From an uncultured Chthoniobacteraceae bacterium (GTDB lineage: Bacteria; Verrucomicrobiota; Verrucomicrobiia; Chthoniobacterales; CAKUMP01): 16,420 bases of DNA. Position numbers and translations under genes: made by a program. Under the pieces are notes generated by a model that had not been told where the DNA came from, ran no database searches, and saw only the letters and a list, made by a program, of their open reading frames with translations. Shown here in pieces: positions 14,976 through 16,420 of the stretch; the stretch's first letter is position 1; the number at the start of each line of letters is the position of its first letter. The stretch is from the NCBI GenBank assembly GCA_964443575.1, contig CAYUDZ010000051.1, forward strand, positions 1 through 16,420, read 5' to 3'.

Positions 14976-16184
14976 TCAGGAAACGATCTCGTTAAGCTTG
15001 AAGATCGGCATAAAGAGCGCGATGACGATACCACCAACGACCACACCCAGAAAAACAATCAGCATGGGTTCGATCAATGAAGTCAGCGCATTGAGCATCG
15101 CTTCAATTTCCTCATCCCAGAAATCGGCCATCTTTTCCAGCATTTCATCGATCTTACCGGTGGACTCACCGGCCCCCACCATACGCACCATCATCGGTGG
15201 AAAGATATTTTCTTTGCCTAACGCGGATGCCAGATTATCCCCTTTTTCCACATCCTGACCGACCCGCCTGATGCCATATTCGACCATATTATTGCCGGAT
15301 GTTTCGGCAACAATATCGATCACCTCAAGGATCGGCACGCCGGAGCGAATCAGTTGGGCAAAGGTACGACTGAACCGTGACATCGCAATTTTGTGCGCCA
15401 ACGGGCCGAACACCGGCATCTTCAACTTGTATTTATCCCAAAAATCTCGACCACTTTTGGTACTGATAAATGCCTTGAAGCCAACATACGCAGCAATCAT
15501 CCCAATTAGAATAACCCACCAGTACGATTGGCAAAACGCACTGAAATTAAGCAGGATTTGCGTCGGTGCCGGCAGGGCAGAATCAAAATCTTCAAAGATT
15601 CCGGCAAATACCGGGACCACTTTGATGATCAGGAATGCCGTGATTAAAAAAGCCAGTACCACCACGATGATCGGATAAGTCATGGCCGATTTAACTTTTT
15701 TGCGCAGGCGCGAACTGGCTTCGAGAAAACCTGCCAGGCGGTCAAGGATTTCAGACAGCAAACCACCGGATTCACCAGCACGTACCATGCTGATGTACAA
15801 ACGCGAAAAGACCCGCGGCTGCCGTGACAGTGCCTCATTAAAGGACTCACCAGATTGCACCCGCGCCGTCAGGTCACCAATGACCGAACGCAATCGCAGC
15901 TGCTTTTTGGGGTCAGCCTGCTCATAGAGCGCGGTCAAGGATGAAACCAACGGCAAGCCGGCCTCGACCATGGTCGCCAGCTGACGGGTGAAAACCACCA
16001 GTTCATCGCTCTTGACGGTGATCGCTTTTTTCTGCTGTGTGCGGGCGGACTTCTGTTCGATCGACAGCACCATCAACCCGCGCGACATCAGCGAACTGAC
16101 CGCATTGTCCTGGTTCAGGGCTTCCGTTACGCCAGTCACCGTCTTACCGGCGGCATCCCTGGCTTGATAAGCAAATGTCATCAT
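14976..16184 (-). CDS. gspF: Type II secretion / type IV pilus inner-membrane platform protein (GspF/PilC family).
   Basis: 402 aa with two repeats of the GspF cytoplasmic domain (FTRQLATMVEAGLPLVSSL...; FSRTFAQLIRSGVPILEVIDIV...) and three TM helices (YPIIVVVLAFLITAFLIIKVVPVF, WVILIGMIAAYVGF, LIVFLGVVVGGIVIALFMPIF). This is the canonical GspF/PilC architecture. Confidence 0.9.
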   Translation of the reverse strand: MMTFAYQARDAAGKTVTGVTEALNQDNAVSSLMSRGLMVLSIEQKSARTQQKKAITVKSDELVVFTRQLATMVEAGLPLVSSLTALYEQADPKKQLRLRSVIGDLTARVQSGESFNEALSRQPRVFSRLYISMVRAGESGGLLSEILDRLAGFLEASSRLRKKVKSAMTYPIIVVVLAFLITAFLIIKVVPVFAGIFEDFDSALPAPTQILLNFSAFCQSYWWVILIGMIAAYVGFKAFISTKSGRDFWDKYKLKMPVFGPLAHKIAMSRFSRTFAQLIRSGVPILEVIDIVAETSGNNMVEYGIRRVGQDVEKGDNLASALGKENIFPPMMVRMVGAGESTGKIDEMLEKMADFWDEEIEAMLNALTSLIEPMLIVFLGVVVGGIVIALFMPIFKLNEIVS

Positions 16185-16347
16185 GGCTATAAAAATTTAA
16201 CTTTAAGTATTTGTACCATAGTAATAGCAGAAGTCATGCCCCGATGTCAGCAATTGATTAAAAATTGCAGCAACAGCCAACTGATTCTTTGCACTAAAAA
16301 AAGATTGGATTTTTGAGCCATTGTGCTGGAAGATAAGCATTCTTACA

Positions 16348-16420
16348 GGGGTCATAGCTCAGTTGGTAGAGCGCCTCAATGGCATTGAGGAGGTCAGGGG
16401 TTCGACTCCCCTTGGCTCCA
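16348..16420 (+). tRNA. tRNA-Ala (anticodon GGC), 73 nt. The 3' CCA is not inside the window.
   Basis: Cloverleaf by hand: acceptor GGGGTCA/TGGCTCC with the G3:U70 pair that is the alanine identity element; D-arm GCTC-AGTTGGTA-GAGC; anticodon arm CCTCA-ATGGCAT-TGAGG (U33, G34 G35 C36, A37); variable loop AGGTC; T-arm AGGGG-TTCGACT-CCCCT; discriminator A73. Confidence 0.85.

Noticed and set aside
14809-15258. 149-aa plus-strand ORF starting in the non-coding gap.
   Set aside because: Two thirds of it is antisense to the well-supported gspF coding region. Upstream is CTCCT rather than a Shine-Dalgarno sequence. It is probably an artefact. Only the hairpin within the gap was kept as a feature.
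2465-16420. Possibility that the Xer-type recombinase plus tRNA-Ala delimit an integrated mobile element.
   Set aside because: The recombinase has the length and motif set of chromosomal XerC/XerD. It lies 13 kb from the tRNA on the opposite side of housekeeping genes (trpEG, holA, mreB). I saw no direct repeat of the tRNA 3' end and no phage or conjugation genes.

Overview
This 16.4 kb window appears to be chromosomal DNA from a diderm (Gram-negative-type) bacterium, dense with housekeeping and envelope genes. I found no CRISPR array, no transposase or IS element, and no recognisable phage or defence genes.

Genes in order along the window:
- 1..517 (-): mreB, N-terminal part only; the 3' end lies outside the window.
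- 740..1564 (+): UbiA-family-like polytopic membrane protein.
- 1596..2297 (+): orphan receiver/ANTAR response regulator.
- 2465..3373 (+): XerC/XerD-type tyrosine recombinase.
- 3426..4856 (+): AsmA-like membrane-anchored protein.
- 4908..5372 (+): GspG-like prepilin/pseudopilin.
- 5953..7461 and 5387..5950 (-): trpE and trpG, convergent with the pseudopilin gene.
- 7645..8147 (+): two small membrane ORFs in an AT-rich segment.
- 8188..9159 (-): LRAT-like domain fused to an HdeD/DUF308-like membrane domain.
- 9242..9808 and 9844..11583 (+): NfeD and flotillin (SPFH) pair.
- 11623..12762 (-): holA.
- 12768..13688 and 13672..14562 (-): two tandem paralogous secreted gluzincin-like peptidases.
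- 14563..14975: about 410 bp non-coding gap containing a long hairpin followed by a T-run.
- 14976..16184 (-): stand-alone gspF/pilC.
- 16348..16420 (+): tRNA-Ala(GGC).

The most unusual content is the membrane cluster at 7.6-11.6 kb. Its flotillin carries a C-terminal extension with an EF-hand-like loop and a GYF_2/DUF4339-like motif. The second point of interest is the pair of secreted HExxH...E peptidase paralogs that are translationally coupled to holA.

All functional calls rest on motif recognition by eye in the translated ORFs. No database searches were run.
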